A stretch of 64,000 nt of DNA from positions 384,001 through 448,000 of the forward strand of contig CAWJSJ010000005.1 in the NCBI GenBank assembly GCA_963845565.1, written 5' to 3'. The notes under the pieces are model-generated. The model was not told the origin of the DNA. It saw nothing but the letters and a program-made list of their open reading frames with translations, and did no database searches. The DNA comes from an uncultured Methylomirabilota bacterium (lineage in GTDB: Bacteria > Methylomirabilota > Methylomirabilia > Methylomirabilales > 2-02-FULL-66-22). A program made the translations under genes and the position numbers. Position 1 is the stretch's first letter. The number at the start of each line of letters is the position of its first letter. Shown here one piece after another: positions 30,230 through 39,912 of this stretch.

Positions 30230-31051
30230 CTACAGCCGCCCCTCCATGAAGTCCCGGATCAGCGAATGGTGCGTTCGCTGGATCTCGTCGGGGGTGCCCA
30301 CGGCCGCGATCCGTCCCTGATGCAGCATGGCCACGCGGTCGGACACCTTCAGAGCGCTGGGCATGTCGTGGGTCACGACCACCGAGGTCACGCCCAGCTT
30401 GGTCTTCAGGTCGAGGATCAGGTCGGTGATCTTCTCCACGTTGGTCGGGTCCAGGCCGGTGGTCGGCTCGTCGTACAGCAGAACACTCGGCGGCAAGGCG
30501 ATTGCCCGCGCCACCGCCACGCGTTTCTTCATCCCGCCGGAGAGGTCCGCCGGGTCCATCCCCTCGATGGCTCCCAGGCCGACCAGGCCCAGCGCCTCAT
30601 GCACGCGGGCGGCGATCTCCGCGTCGCTCAGGGTGGTGTGCTCGCGCAGCGCGAAGGCCACGTTCTCGCCGACGCTGAGCGAATCGAAGAGCGCCGAGCC
30701 CTGAAACACCATGCCCGTGCGCCGCCGGATCTTGAGGAGCGCGGTTTCACGCAAGGGGACGATGTCCGTGCCCTCCAGCAGGATCTGTCCGGCATCCGGC
30801 TTCATGAGCCCGATGATCAGGCGCAGGAGGACGCTCTTACCGGTTCCGCTGCCACCGATGATGGTGAGCGCCTCCCCCGGGCGGACGACCAGATCCACAC
30901 CCCGCAGGACCTGGTTTCCGTCGAAGGCCTTGTGCAGGCCGGCGAGCGCAATCGCCGCCGGTCCCCCTCCCGGCGTGTCGGATGGAGAACCGGTCGGTGC
31001 GGGTTCGCGTGTCGGGAGCGGGGTCAGGGTCGTCACCATCCCTCCAACCAC
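30230..31051 (-). CDS. mlaF: MlaF-type ABC ATPase
   Basis: GGSGTGKS, FQGSALFDSL, LSGGMKKR, YDEPTTGLDP, VVTHD. Confidence 0.92.
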   Translation of the reverse strand: MVGGMVTTLTPLPTREPAPTGSPSDTPGGGPAAIALAGLHKAFDGNQVLRGVDLVVRPGEALTIIGGSGTGKSVLLRLIIGLMKPDAGQILLEGTDIVPLRETALLKIRRRTGMVFQGSALFDSLSVGENVAFALREHTTLSDAEIAARVHEALGLVGLGAIEGMDPADLSGGMKKRVAVARAIALPPSVLLYDEPTTGLDPTNVEKITDLILDLKTKLGVTSVVVTHDMPSALKVSDRVAMLHQGRIAAVGTPDEIQRTHHSLIRDFMEGRL

Positions 31052-31830
31052 CAGAAGAACTTCGTCAGGAAGAAATCCGAGACAAAGACCGACAACGACG
31101 CGGTCACGACGGTGCCGGTGGTCGTACGCCCCAGCCCCTCGGTCCCGCCCCGCGTGCGCAGTCCGTTGTGGCAGCCGATGACCGCGATGAGGAGGCCGAA
31201 AATGACCGTTTTCCCCAGGCCGCTGAGCATGTCCGCCACCCGGATATAGCTGGTCAGCGAATTGAAGTACTGGTGGTAATCAACGTTGAATTCGTACTGC
31301 GAGATCGCCATGCCGCCGAAGACGCCCAGGGTGCTGGCGATGATCGTGAGGAGGGGCAGCGCGATCATGGTCAGGATGACGCGGGGTACCACCAGCCGCT
31401 TGATGTGGTTGACCCCCAGCGCCCGCATGGCGTCGATCTGCTCCGTCACCCGCATGGAGCCGAGCTCCGCCGTGAACCCCGACCCCACGCGGCCGCCGAC
31501 CAGGATGGCGGTGACGACGGGTCCGAGTTCCCGCACCATGCTGAGACCCACAATAACGCCCACGGTGCCCGTGGCCCCGAAGCGGGACAGCCCGTACGCC
31601 GTCTGCAGGGCCAGGACGAGCCCCACGAAGAGCCCCGCCACGCTCACGATGGAGACCGAACGCACGGCGATATGGTCCATCTGGGCGACCAGCAGGCGCA
31701 GATTGTAGGGCGGGGTCAGGGCATGGTAGAACGTCTGGCCCGCCAGGACGGACATGGCGCCCAGCTCGTCGACGAACACGAGCGCTCGCTTTCCCAGCTC
31801 CTCTACGACGCCACGTAGTCTCGCCATCAT
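31033..31830 (-). CDS. mlaE: MlaE-type ABC permease
   Basis: RELGPV, AELGSMRVTEQIDAM, LVVPR, G.G..TT..VV. Confidence 0.93.
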   Translation of the reverse strand: MMARLRGVVEELGKRALVFVDELGAMSVLAGQTFYHALTPPYNLRLLVAQMDHIAVRSVSIVSVAGLFVGLVLALQTAYGLSRFGATGTVGVIVGLSMVRELGPVVTAILVGGRVGSGFTAELGSMRVTEQIDAMRALGVNHIKRLVVPRVILTMIALPLLTIIASTLGVFGGMAISQYEFNVDYHQYFNSLTSYIRVADMLSGLGKTVIFGLLIAVIGCHNGLRTRGGTEGLGRTTTGTVVTASLSVFVSDFFLTKFFWWLEGW

Positions 31831-31884
31831 CTTTTTTCTTTCACGTCGCGCCAAGCCATCTGCGGTTGTACCCGGCCGTCGTCC

Positions 31885-32541
31885 CTACGGTGCGGTCCGC
31901 GGCGTCCAGCTCGCCACAAAGGCGTCAAAATCGGCTCGCCCGCGCTCGAAACGGTCCGGCGGGGCGACATACATGAAGTCGTACAGGCACCCCTGGAGAC
32001 GCACCGTGATGCCGTCCACCTCGACGGGCCGATCATCCAGGCGGGCGCGCAAACGAGTCCGCATCCCGCTGGCCCCCGAGAGCAGCAGCGGTTCCCGGGT
32101 CTCGATCTCTGCCTGGGAAAGCCCGAAGAACAGGTGGCGCGCCACGGCGGGAAGCGGGCCCGCTTCAGGACTGCCGCAGTCCACGCGAAGGCCAATCGCC
32201 GCGGCCAACTCCGGGGAGTGGAAGGCGAGCGCGGCGCCTTCGACGGATAAGGGTTGCCACCGCGCCGGCGGTCGCTGGACGGTAAACCGGTCGCGCGGAT
32301 CGCCGTACAGTCCGTCTCCGCGCGGCCCCGACGCGCACGCCGACAGCAACAGCAGGACGAGGGACCAGACTCCGGTGCAATACCAGGCTGCGACGCGAGG
32401 AATCGTGTCTACCCTCCCATCTGCACGCACACGGACCCTTTGCGGAGTGGGCGCACCCGCGCGCCGCTCTCGCCCGGTCGAAAACCGGTCCGGACGGATC
32501 CCATCGTACTGGAGATGCGCTAAGGCGTCAAGGCGGCCCAC
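31885..32541 (-). CDS. Lipoprotein of unknown function (start uncertain, probably near 32430)
   Basis: Lipobox LLLLSA-C, conserved-looking Cys pair (VDC, GCLYDF); lies between hpnG and mlaE. Confidence 0.6.
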   Translation of the reverse strand: MGRLDALAHLQYDGIRPDRFSTGRERRAGAPTPQRVRVRADGRVDTIPRVAAWYCTGVWSLVLLLLSACASGPRGDGLYGDPRDRFTVQRPPARWQPLSVEGAALAFHSPELAAAIGLRVDCGSPEAGPLPAVARHLFFGLSQAEIETREPLLLSGASGMRTRLRARLDDRPVEVDGITVRLQGCLYDFMYVAPPDRFERGRADFDAFVASWTPRTAP

Positions 32542-33356
32542 GCGCCGAAGGCCACCTCGAACCCCTGCCAGAGGTTGCGGCCGGCAAGGCGACTCGCCCG
32601 TCCCAATTGCAGCAGCGGCTGCCAGAATCGGCGTCCCTCCCGGACTCCGGCCAGCAGGCCGCGCCAGCGCAGGTCGCCTCCCGGGCTGGTGCAGCGGGCC
32701 AGCGATGCGGGGAGCGGGTCACCGGCGGCATCCACGACCACTTTGAGTGCGGCCCAGGGAATCCCCAACGCCTGCGCGGCCCGCGCGACCCCCGCGGCTT
32801 CCATCTCCACGGCGACGGCGCCGCTCCGCCGGTGGGCCGCGCGCTTCGCGTCCGGTGTCCGGAGGGGCGCCTCGACCGTGATCAGCGCGCCGGAGTCGAC
32901 CGGCAGTCGCGCGCGACGCAGAGCGGCACACACGGCGGCATGGGAGGCGTCGAACGCCATGGGGGCGCTCGTGGGCTCTCCATCGTCCAGGACGACGCTG
33001 GGACAGACCAGATCCCCCGGCCGGAGGGTATCGACCAGGCCGCCGGCAAACCCCAGGGACCAGACGGCATGCGCGCCGAATGTACCGGCGGCGGCGATCA
33101 CCGCCTGGCGGGCGCGTTCACGACCGATACCGGCCTGCACGAGCAGGACGTCCCGGCCGGCCAGAGTCCCGCGCACGGTCGCCCGGTTGCCGAGCGTCCC
33201 GTGTTGGGCGGATTGCAGCGACCCGCGGAGGGCGTGGCGCTCGGCCGCCAATGCGACCACTAGGATGACGGGTGAAGCCGCAGTTCCTATACCGGTACCG
33301 CCCGCCGTGGCCGCGCCGTCGCCGTCCGGTTGTCTGGCGCCAAGGGAGGTGCCCAC
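32520..33356 (-). CDS. hpnG: Hopanoid-associated phosphorylase/nucleosidase (HpnG-like)
   Basis: PNP/MTA-nucleosidase motifs AGIG, GFAGGL, AVEMEAA, LKVVVD; directly after shc. Confidence 0.75.
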   Translation of the reverse strand: MGTSLGARQPDGDGAATAGGTGIGTAASPVILVVALAAERHALRGSLQSAQHGTLGNRATVRGTLAGRDVLLVQAGIGRERARQAVIAAAGTFGAHAVWSLGFAGGLVDTLRPGDLVCPSVVLDDGEPTSAPMAFDASHAAVCAALRRARLPVDSGALITVEAPLRTPDAKRAAHRRSGAVAVEMEAAGVARAAQALGIPWAALKVVVDAAGDPLPASLARCTSPGGDLRWRGLLAGVREGRRFWQPLLQLGRASRLAGRNLWQGFEVAFGAWAALTP

Positions 33357-33361
33357 CGCGA

Positions 33362-35344
33362 CTACCGGGGCAGACCCAACGGGATCACGGGCGATCGCGC
33401 ACCGGCATCCTGCTGTGTGCGGAGTCGGCGATAGAGCGCGAGTGCCCAGATGGGGAAATACGCCCGATAGCCGTGATAGCGGAGATAGAAAATGCGTGGG
33501 AACCCTGTTCCGGTAAATTCCGCCTCGTTCCAGAAGCCGTCCGGCCGCTGAGTCGAGAGTAAGAACCGGACCCCGGTCGCGATAGCGGGATCCCGCACCT
33601 CGCCGGCGAAGAGCAGCCCGAGAAGCGCCCAGGCCGTCTGCGAGGCCGTGGATTTCCCCATCCCCCCGGTGCGCGGGTCGTCATACGTATAACAGGACTC
33701 CCCCCAGCCCCCGTCCGGATTCTGCCGGCTGAGGAGCCAGGCGACCGCCTTCCGCACGCAGGACTGACCCATGTCTGCGCCGATGGAATGGAGGCCGGCC
33801 AAGACGGACCACGTGCCGTAGAGGTAATTCACGCCCCAGCGCCCGTACCAGGAGCCGTCGGCGCACTGCCGGGCTTGCGTGAAGGCGATGGCCCGCGCGG
33901 CGGCGGGCTCCTCCGGCCGGAACCCCAAATACCCCAATGCCTCCAGAACGCGCCCGGCCAGATCCTCGGTGCTGGGGTCCATCAGGGCGCCGTGGTCGGC
34001 GAAGGGGATCTTATTGAAGATCAGGCGGTTGTTGTCCTTGTCGTACGCACCCCAGCCGCCGTCGCTTCCCTGCAGGGCGAGGATCCAGTTCAAGCCGCGG
34101 GCGATGGAGCGGGTTTTGGCCTCTTCGTCCGGGAGGCGGATCTTGCGAAGCGACATCAAAACGGCTGCCGTGTCGTCCACGTCGGGATAATAGTCGTTCT
34201 CGAACTGGAACGGCCAGCCGCCCGGCTGGACGCCGGGTGCCTTCAGTCGCCAATCCCCCGGGCAACGGGTCTGCCGGTCGAGGAGCCACAGACCAGCCCG
34301 GACGAGCGCGGGGTCATCCGGGGGGAGGCCCGCCTCGACCAGGGTGCTGATGGTGAGGGCGGTGTCCCAGACCGGCGAGAGACAGGGCTGGACGCGGAAG
34401 GTGTCGGGGGTGTCGAGGCAGAGATCTTCGATCGCGGCCAGGCCGCGAACGACCTCCGGGCTGTCCAAGGGGTAGCCGAGACAGGTGAGCGCGATCACCG
34501 CGTTGGCCATGGCCGGGAAGATGCCGCCCAAACCGCCGTTGCCCTGCATCCGTTCCAGCATCCAGCGCTCGGCCATGCGGATGGCCCGCTGCCGGAACGG
34601 CTGTCGGACCAGGCGGTCATGGAGGCGCAGGCAGCGATCCACGAAGAGGAAGAAGTTCCGCCAGGTGAACGTCTCGGCATCGCGGGGGAGCGACAGGTCC
34701 GCCTCGTCTCGCGGGACGAGGTAGAGTTCGTCCAGGTGCGCATGAGCGGGGCCCGGCCGGACAGGCCGGTGCGCGAAGATGATGAGGAGCGGGATCAACA
34801 CGGTCCGGGACCAGTAGGAGATCTCGTAGAGATTGAAGTAAAACCAGCGGGGCAGGAGCATGATCTCCACGGGCATGCAAGGAACGCCCTTCCAGTCCAG
34901 CTCGCCGAAGAGGGCGAGAAGGATCCGCGTGAAGATATTGACCTCGGTGATCCCTCCCAGGTCGCGCACGCAGCGGCACGCCCGGACGAGGGCGGGGTGC
35001 GTGGGGGAATACCCGGCCATCTTCAAGGCGAAGTAGGCCTTGACCGTGGCACTGATGTTGACCGGCCCGTTCGCGTAGATGGGCCAGCCGCCGTCGGGGA
35101 GCTGCAGGGACAGCAGGTGACGGGCCGCCTTGGCCTCCCGGGCGGTGTCGGCGTTCCCCATCCAGCGGCGCAGCAGGAGGTATTCGGATGTGATGGTGGC
35201 GTCCGCCTCCAGTTCGTGCACCCAGAATCCTTTCGGATCCTGTTGGGCGAGCAACGCCTCGATGCCGCGCTGGAGCGCGGCATCGAGCACGGTCGTCTGC
35301 GGAACGTCATGGGCGCGCGAGGCGCGCAGCGGACGTGGATTCAT
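33362..35344 (-). CDS. shc: Squalene-hopene cyclase
   Basis: YPDVDDTA (DXDD motif), QW repeats (QLPDGGW, QGSDGGW, QNPDGGW), GRWGVNY, FTGTGFP. Confidence 0.97.
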   Translation of the reverse strand: MNPRPLRASRAHDVPQTTVLDAALQRGIEALLAQQDPKGFWVHELEADATITSEYLLLRRWMGNADTAREAKAARHLLSLQLPDGGWPIYANGPVNISATVKAYFALKMAGYSPTHPALVRACRCVRDLGGITEVNIFTRILLALFGELDWKGVPCMPVEIMLLPRWFYFNLYEISYWSRTVLIPLLIIFAHRPVRPGPAHAHLDELYLVPRDEADLSLPRDAETFTWRNFFLFVDRCLRLHDRLVRQPFRQRAIRMAERWMLERMQGNGGLGGIFPAMANAVIALTCLGYPLDSPEVVRGLAAIEDLCLDTPDTFRVQPCLSPVWDTALTISTLVEAGLPPDDPALVRAGLWLLDRQTRCPGDWRLKAPGVQPGGWPFQFENDYYPDVDDTAAVLMSLRKIRLPDEEAKTRSIARGLNWILALQGSDGGWGAYDKDNNRLIFNKIPFADHGALMDPSTEDLAGRVLEALGYLGFRPEEPAAARAIAFTQARQCADGSWYGRWGVNYLYGTWSVLAGLHSIGADMGQSCVRKAVAWLLSRQNPDGGWGESCYTYDDPRTGGMGKSTASQTAWALLGLLFAGEVRDPAIATGVRFLLSTQRPDGFWNEAEFTGTGFPRIFYLRYHGYRAYFPIWALALYRRLRTQQDAGARSPVIPLGLPR

Positions 35345-35357
35345 GCCGGCTCCCTGG

Positions 35358-36359
35358 TCAGGCGAGGTTCCAGCGCAGCATCTCCCAGAGGTCCTTCCAG
35401 CTCTTTCCGACCTCGCGAACCACCGTGTGCTCGAAGCCGCTGTGCATCATGCAGTTGGTGCAGCGCGGGTCGCGCTTGTTCTCGTACTTCTCCCAGTCGG
35501 TCTGGGTCATGAGCTCGTCGAAGGTCCGGTAGTGGCCGTCGGTGATCAGGTAGCACGGCCCTTTCCAGCCTTGCGGATTGTAGTTCGGTCCGCCCCAGGG
35601 GGAGCACTTGAGGTCCCGTTCGCCCTTCAGGAAGCGAAGGTACATGGGCGTGCTGAGGATGCGGTATTGCTTGGACAGCTCCCAGATCTTCTGGAACTTC
35701 TCATGTGTCTGCTGCTTTTCCAAAAAGATGTCGCGCCCCTTCAGGATGGTGTACTCGTACCCGGGCGTCACCAGGAAGCCGTCCACGCCGATCCCGGCCA
35801 GCTCGGAGAAAAGCTGGGTGATCTCGTCGACCTTGGTCTCCTTGTAGACGGTGGTATTGGTGACCACTCGGAAGCCCAGCGACTTGGCCAGCTTGATCAT
35901 GCGGATGTCGATCTGATAGAGCCCCTTCCGCGACCGCACCAGATCATGCGTCGGTTCCAGCCCGTCCATGGAGACGTTGATCGTGAGGTAGGGGCTGGGC
36001 GTCCATTTGCGAAGGAATTTCTCCAGCTTGATGGCATTGGTGCACAGGTAAATGAACTTCTTACGGCGGAGCAGCTCCGACACGAGCTCGTCCAGATGGG
36101 GATAAATAGTCGGCTCCCCTCCGCAGATCGACACGATCGGGGCCCCGCATTCCTCGACGGCCTGCAGGCAGGTGGCGACGGGGAGCATGTCCCGGATGGT
36201 GCTCTCGAACTCCCGGATCTTGCCGCACCCCTCGCAGGCGAGATTGCACAGATGGGTCGGCTCCAGCATCAGGACGAACGGATATCGCTTCTTGCCGCGC
36301 ACGGCATTCGCGACGATATACTTCGTCAGCGTCCACTGCAATTGCCAGGGAAACCTCAT
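35358..36359 (-). CDS. hpnH: Adenosyl-hopene transferase, radical SAM
   Basis: YPFVLMLEP..CNLAC.GCGKI, GGEP, GWKGPCYL, DPRCTNCMMHSGFE; ATG 36359 overlaps the upstream stop. Confidence 0.93.
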   Translation of the reverse strand: MRFPWQLQWTLTKYIVANAVRGKKRYPFVLMLEPTHLCNLACEGCGKIREFESTIRDMLPVATCLQAVEECGAPIVSICGGEPTIYPHLDELVSELLRRKKFIYLCTNAIKLEKFLRKWTPSPYLTINVSMDGLEPTHDLVRSRKGLYQIDIRMIKLAKSLGFRVVTNTTVYKETKVDEITQLFSELAGIGVDGFLVTPGYEYTILKGRDIFLEKQQTHEKFQKIWELSKQYRILSTPMYLRFLKGERDLKCSPWGGPNYNPQGWKGPCYLITDGHYRTFDELMTQTDWEKYENKRDPRCTNCMMHSGFEHTVVREVGKSWKDLWEMLRWNLA

Positions 36360-37168
36360 GACGCAGCCCCTTCCCGCCGCGGCGTCGCCCAGACCGCCCG
36401 CGAAAACGTACACGCCCGAAGGGTGGCGATCGTCACCGGCAGCGCGAGAAGAACGCCGCAGAGGCCGAGCCACCACTCCTTCAGGGCAAAAGTGATCGAC
36501 AGGTTGAACACCAGCACGACGAAGTACAGGCCGGGGCACAGCCCGGCCCGCCCCCGGAACAGGACCTCCGTGACGGGGGGCAGCCGACGCTCCCAGATGT
36601 GATACAGGGCTATCGCAACGGCGCCGACCACCGCCCACCCCAGGAAGTTGGCCAGCGGTATCCCGAAGTAGAGACCTGGGTCTGGGTAGCCGTAGATCTG
36701 GCCCAGGAACCATCGGTCGCCCCGCAGGGCCACCGGATCGATGATGACATCCGCCAGCACGAACAGGCCTGTCGCCAGGGCAAGGTGGGGAAGCCGACGC
36801 GGCCGCGGCCACCGACCGCTTTCCCGCCGAGAGCCGCGGTTCTGTCGTCCCGCCAGGAGCAGCCACGCCACCCCGTAACTGGCGACCAGCAGGAACGGAA
36901 ACGAGATCGAGTCGAAAAACGGCACCCCGGCGATCCAGAGTTCCCGGTCGCTGGTCGTAGGAAGGTAATAGTACCACCCGAAGGGGATGCCTGTCCTGAT
37001 CGAACTCGCCTCGGCGACAAACGCCACCAGCCAGGTGAAGCCGGTGAACGCCACGGTGCGCCGCCAGCCCAGCAGGGCGCTGGCCCCCGCGAGGTGCAGG
37101 CCGAGGAGCGCGAAGACGTATGGCCGGAGAAGCAGGCTTCCCAGCAATAACCGCGGTACGTCGCTCAT
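36356..37168 (-). CDS. DUF422 / CruF-like carotenoid-biosynthesis membrane protein
   Basis: AE..S..TG.PFG.YYY, GVP, D..IDP, FGIPLANFLGW motifs; multiple TMs. Confidence 0.8.
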   Translation of the reverse strand: MSDVPRLLLGSLLLRPYVFALLGLHLAGASALLGWRRTVAFTGFTWLVAFVAEASSIRTGIPFGWYYYLPTTSDRELWIAGVPFFDSISFPFLLVASYGVAWLLLAGRQNRGSRRESGRWPRPRRLPHLALATGLFVLADVIIDPVALRGDRWFLGQIYGYPDPGLYFGIPLANFLGWAVVGAVAIALYHIWERRLPPVTEVLFRGRAGLCPGLYFVVLVFNLSITFALKEWWLGLCGVLLALPVTIATLRACTFSRAVWATPRREGAAS

Positions 37169-37409
37169 GCGTCCTTTCGGAGTTCGCGAGGTGCCTTGAT
37201 TGTTCGTCGCGATTCGGGTAGCCACTGGAGTGCGATGGCCCTCGTCCGAAGAATACGGCGGGGGCAGGGCGTTCGCGCTTCCGGGTTCGCGGCAATCACC
37301 ACCGAATCACAGCGGTTTCTAGCACAGGGTCGCGGGAAAATCAACCCAACTCGGGGCGCACGGGCAGCGCCGCGAGGCGCCACGCTCGCTCAACGCTTCT
37401 GCAAAGTGG

Positions 37410-37438
37410 TTGACAGACCAGGAGCGCGCTGGTAAGAC
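37410..37438 (+). promoter_or_regulatory. Sigma-70-type promoter
   Basis: TTGACA-N17-TAAGAC with TG upstream of the -10, about 46 bp before a gene with a GGAGG RBS. Confidence 0.45.
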
Positions 37439-37484
37439 TCTGGCCCGTGCCTCTCCAGCGCCGCCGAATTCACGGAGGAAAACC

Positions 37485-37718
37485 ATGGCCATTCCGACGG
37501 ATGACAATTCGGTCAAGGTCAAAGTGGTCACCTTGGCAGGCGTATTGGTTGGAAGAATGAGCAAGCCCAAGAATATCCGGACGCTGGACGCCCTGAACCT
37601 CAAGGGGGATTTCTTCGCCCTCACCGACGCCGCGGCCGAGGGAAACCTCCAGGACCGCCGCGGCTTCTTTGCCATTAACAAGTCTCAGGTCATTTCGATC
37701 GAAGAGTTGCCGGAGTAG
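37485..37718 (+). CDS. Small hypothetical protein (77 aa, DUF6812-like beta protein)
   Basis: GGAGG RBS; R.LD.LN..GDFFALTDA...FFAINKSQVISIE pattern. Confidence 0.65.
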   Translation: MAIPTDDNSVKVKVVTLAGVLVGRMSKPKNIRTLDALNLKGDFFALTDAAAEGNLQDRRGFFAINKSQVISIEELPE

Positions 37719-37822
37719 GACCCACCGGGCCTGTGACCCTGTTGGCGGAACCACCATATTCGAGGGCCGGGCGCGTGCCAAGAGGGCGCCCGGTCCCTAT
37801 GTTTTTCACCTCGAACCGTCGA

Positions 37823-39649
37823 TCAGGTCAGGCGTAATGCCTTCAGGCGCGCCTTGGTCGGCGCCCCGTTGGCATCCCAGCCGCGGAGGCGATAGTACTC
37901 GGTCAGCATGCGCTCCATGCCCTCCGGATCGACCGGCCCGATGTCGTCTCGCTGCCGGACGGTGAGGAGTCGCTTGGGAAGATAATCGTCCTTCCGCGTC
38001 AATCCCCGACCGACATTGATCAGGCGCTTGGCGTTGAAGATCCGCTCACCTGTCCGCATCAACTCCTCGGGCGTCACCTTCCAGCCGGTACAATAGTTCA
38101 GCCACTCCGCGAGAATCGTCGGACCGTAGGACACCACGATGTAGAATTTGCAGATGCCGAGGCCGTCGTAGAGGACCATGAAATCGTGCATCTTCATGTT
38201 CAACTCGGCCTTGCCGTCTGTGACGTAGGGGTCCATGGGGGCGGTGTAGCCGAGGTCGGGGAAAGGCAACCCGCTCTCCACGGTGAACGTCACCCCCTCC
38301 ATGTGGCACGCCCCACGGTTGGACACGGCATAGTTGAGGGCGTTCGACCAGAAGGCGCGGGGGTCGTGCATGGGGATCTCCACGCCCTTGACCTCCACCA
38401 GCATCTCTGCGGCGGCTTTCCCGATCCGCTCGGCGGCCGGCCGGGTGCCGTCCGCCAGCAGTTCCCCGATCCCCTCCCGCTTTCCGATCTTGTGCAGCAG
38501 TTGCACGATGGCCTCGCCGTCCCCCCAGACGGGACGGATCCCGTCCAGTGCGGCTTCGGAAAGGAGCCCCTTCTCGAAGGCCTCGATGGCGAATGCGATG
38601 GTGTTGCCCGCCGAGATGGTATCCAGCCCGTAGTCGTTACAGAGTTCGTTACAGTGGGCGATGACCTCGATCTGGTCGCAGTCGCACATGCTCCCGAAGG
38701 CGCCGATGGTCTCGTATTCGGGCGCGTGGCCCACCGCGGTGCCGGGGACATCCACCACCAGGGTGCAGTTCGAGGGACAGGAGAGGCACGAGCGTTCGTG
38801 CTTGCCGTACTTCTGGAACATGGTCTGGCCCGAGACGCGTTCGGCCTTCTCGGCCCAGCGGCCGCCCAGGAAATTCCGGATGGGCATGTCGCCGACCGCC
38901 TCGGTGGCCACCACGCCGCCGGTCGTCCCCAGGTGGAAATTCCGCTTGAAAGCGGCCTTCTCCTTCCCACCGTATGCGGCAACCCGCTGCATCAACCCGG
39001 CACCGTCGGCGACGGCGATGCCGCCGGTTCCCCGGACGACCACCGCTTTCAGGTTCTTGGAGCCCATCACGGCGCCCATGCCGGTGCGCCCTGCGGAACG
39101 GGCGTAGCGACCCTCGAACATCACGCACGCCATCCGGGACAGTGTTTCCCCCGCCTGGCCGATCCCGGCCACGATGGCGTCCTGATGCGTCTCGGCGAGC
39201 AGACGCTCGTCCGTCTCGAAGAACCCCTTGCCCCACACTCGGTCGGCAGGTCGGATCTCCACTCGGTCGTTCTCGATCCAGACATAGACCGGCTGTTTCG
39301 CCTTGCCGGTGAAGATCACGCCGTCATAGCCGGCGAACTTCAGCATGGGCGCCCAGGCGCCGCCTGCCCGAGCCTCTCCCCAGGCGTCGGTGGCGGGGGA
39401 GAGGGCGCACACCGTGGTGCGGTTGGCCCCCGGCACCAGCGTGCCACAGAGCAGCCCAGGCATGAAGCAGAGCGGGTTGGAGGGGTCCAGGGGGCCCTTG
39501 ATGGTCTTCAGTCGATCGCGAATCAGCTTGGCGCCTAGGCCGCTTCCGCCCAGGAAGCTTTTCGCCGTGGCGTCGTCCAGCGGCGTGGTCGTGATCTTTC
39601 CCGACGTCAGATCCACCCAGAGTAGTTTTCCGACATATCCCTTGGGCAT
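37823..39649 (-). CDS. Aldehyde:ferredoxin oxidoreductase family (W/Mo-pterin, 4Fe-4S)
   Basis: GY.GK.L.VDL, KFAGYDG, AGRTGMGAVMGSKNLKA, CxxCxxxC, PEYET, DYGLDTIS, YY.LRGWD.NG.PT. Confidence 0.93.
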   Translation of the reverse strand: MPKGYVGKLLWVDLTSGKITTTPLDDATAKSFLGGSGLGAKLIRDRLKTIKGPLDPSNPLCFMPGLLCGTLVPGANRTTVCALSPATDAWGEARAGGAWAPMLKFAGYDGVIFTGKAKQPVYVWIENDRVEIRPADRVWGKGFFETDERLLAETHQDAIVAGIGQAGETLSRMACVMFEGRYARSAGRTGMGAVMGSKNLKAVVVRGTGGIAVADGAGLMQRVAAYGGKEKAAFKRNFHLGTTGGVVATEAVGDMPIRNFLGGRWAEKAERVSGQTMFQKYGKHERSCLSCPSNCTLVVDVPGTAVGHAPEYETIGAFGSMCDCDQIEVIAHCNELCNDYGLDTISAGNTIAFAIEAFEKGLLSEAALDGIRPVWGDGEAIVQLLHKIGKREGIGELLADGTRPAAERIGKAAAEMLVEVKGVEIPMHDPRAFWSNALNYAVSNRGACHMEGVTFTVESGLPFPDLGYTAPMDPYVTDGKAELNMKMHDFMVLYDGLGICKFYIVVSYGPTILAEWLNYCTGWKVTPEELMRTGERIFNAKRLINVGRGLTRKDDYLPKRLLTVRQRDDIGPVDPEGMERMLTEYYRLRGWDANGAPTKARLKALRLT

Positions 39650-39840
39650 GGCAGTTCCCCCTGAGGCTCGTGCCGTTCGTCGATTGGCGGGCCACCATCA
39701 GCCCGCCACGCGCGGAGCGTGGGCTGGTCACCACTGTCGCCGGTCGCGCGGTTGGCCGATTCTGGCAAAAACCCCGGGCGGGCGCAAGTCAAATGGCGGT
39801 GCGCCAGGCGCCGGTGGCCGTCAGCCGTCGGCAGGAAACC

Positions 39841-39882
39841 GAAAAAGAACGCCGCCTGTCTCGGACCACGAGACAGGCGGCG
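39841..39882 (-). terminator. Rho-independent terminator after pal
   Basis: 14-bp stem CGCCGCCTGTCTCG/CGAGACAGGCGGCG followed by TTCTTTTTC on the minus strand. Confidence 0.8.
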
Positions 39883-39912
39883 CCGGACGATCCGCCGGAG
39901 CGGTGTGAAGTC

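Noticed and set aside
35358..37295. Apparent long N-terminal fusions in the ORF track (hpnH 645 aa; also NtrC 877 aa, permease 525 aa, tctA, DEAD helicase)
   Set aside because: The extensions overlap upstream genes or repeats; internal starts with an RBS or ATGA coupling fit better
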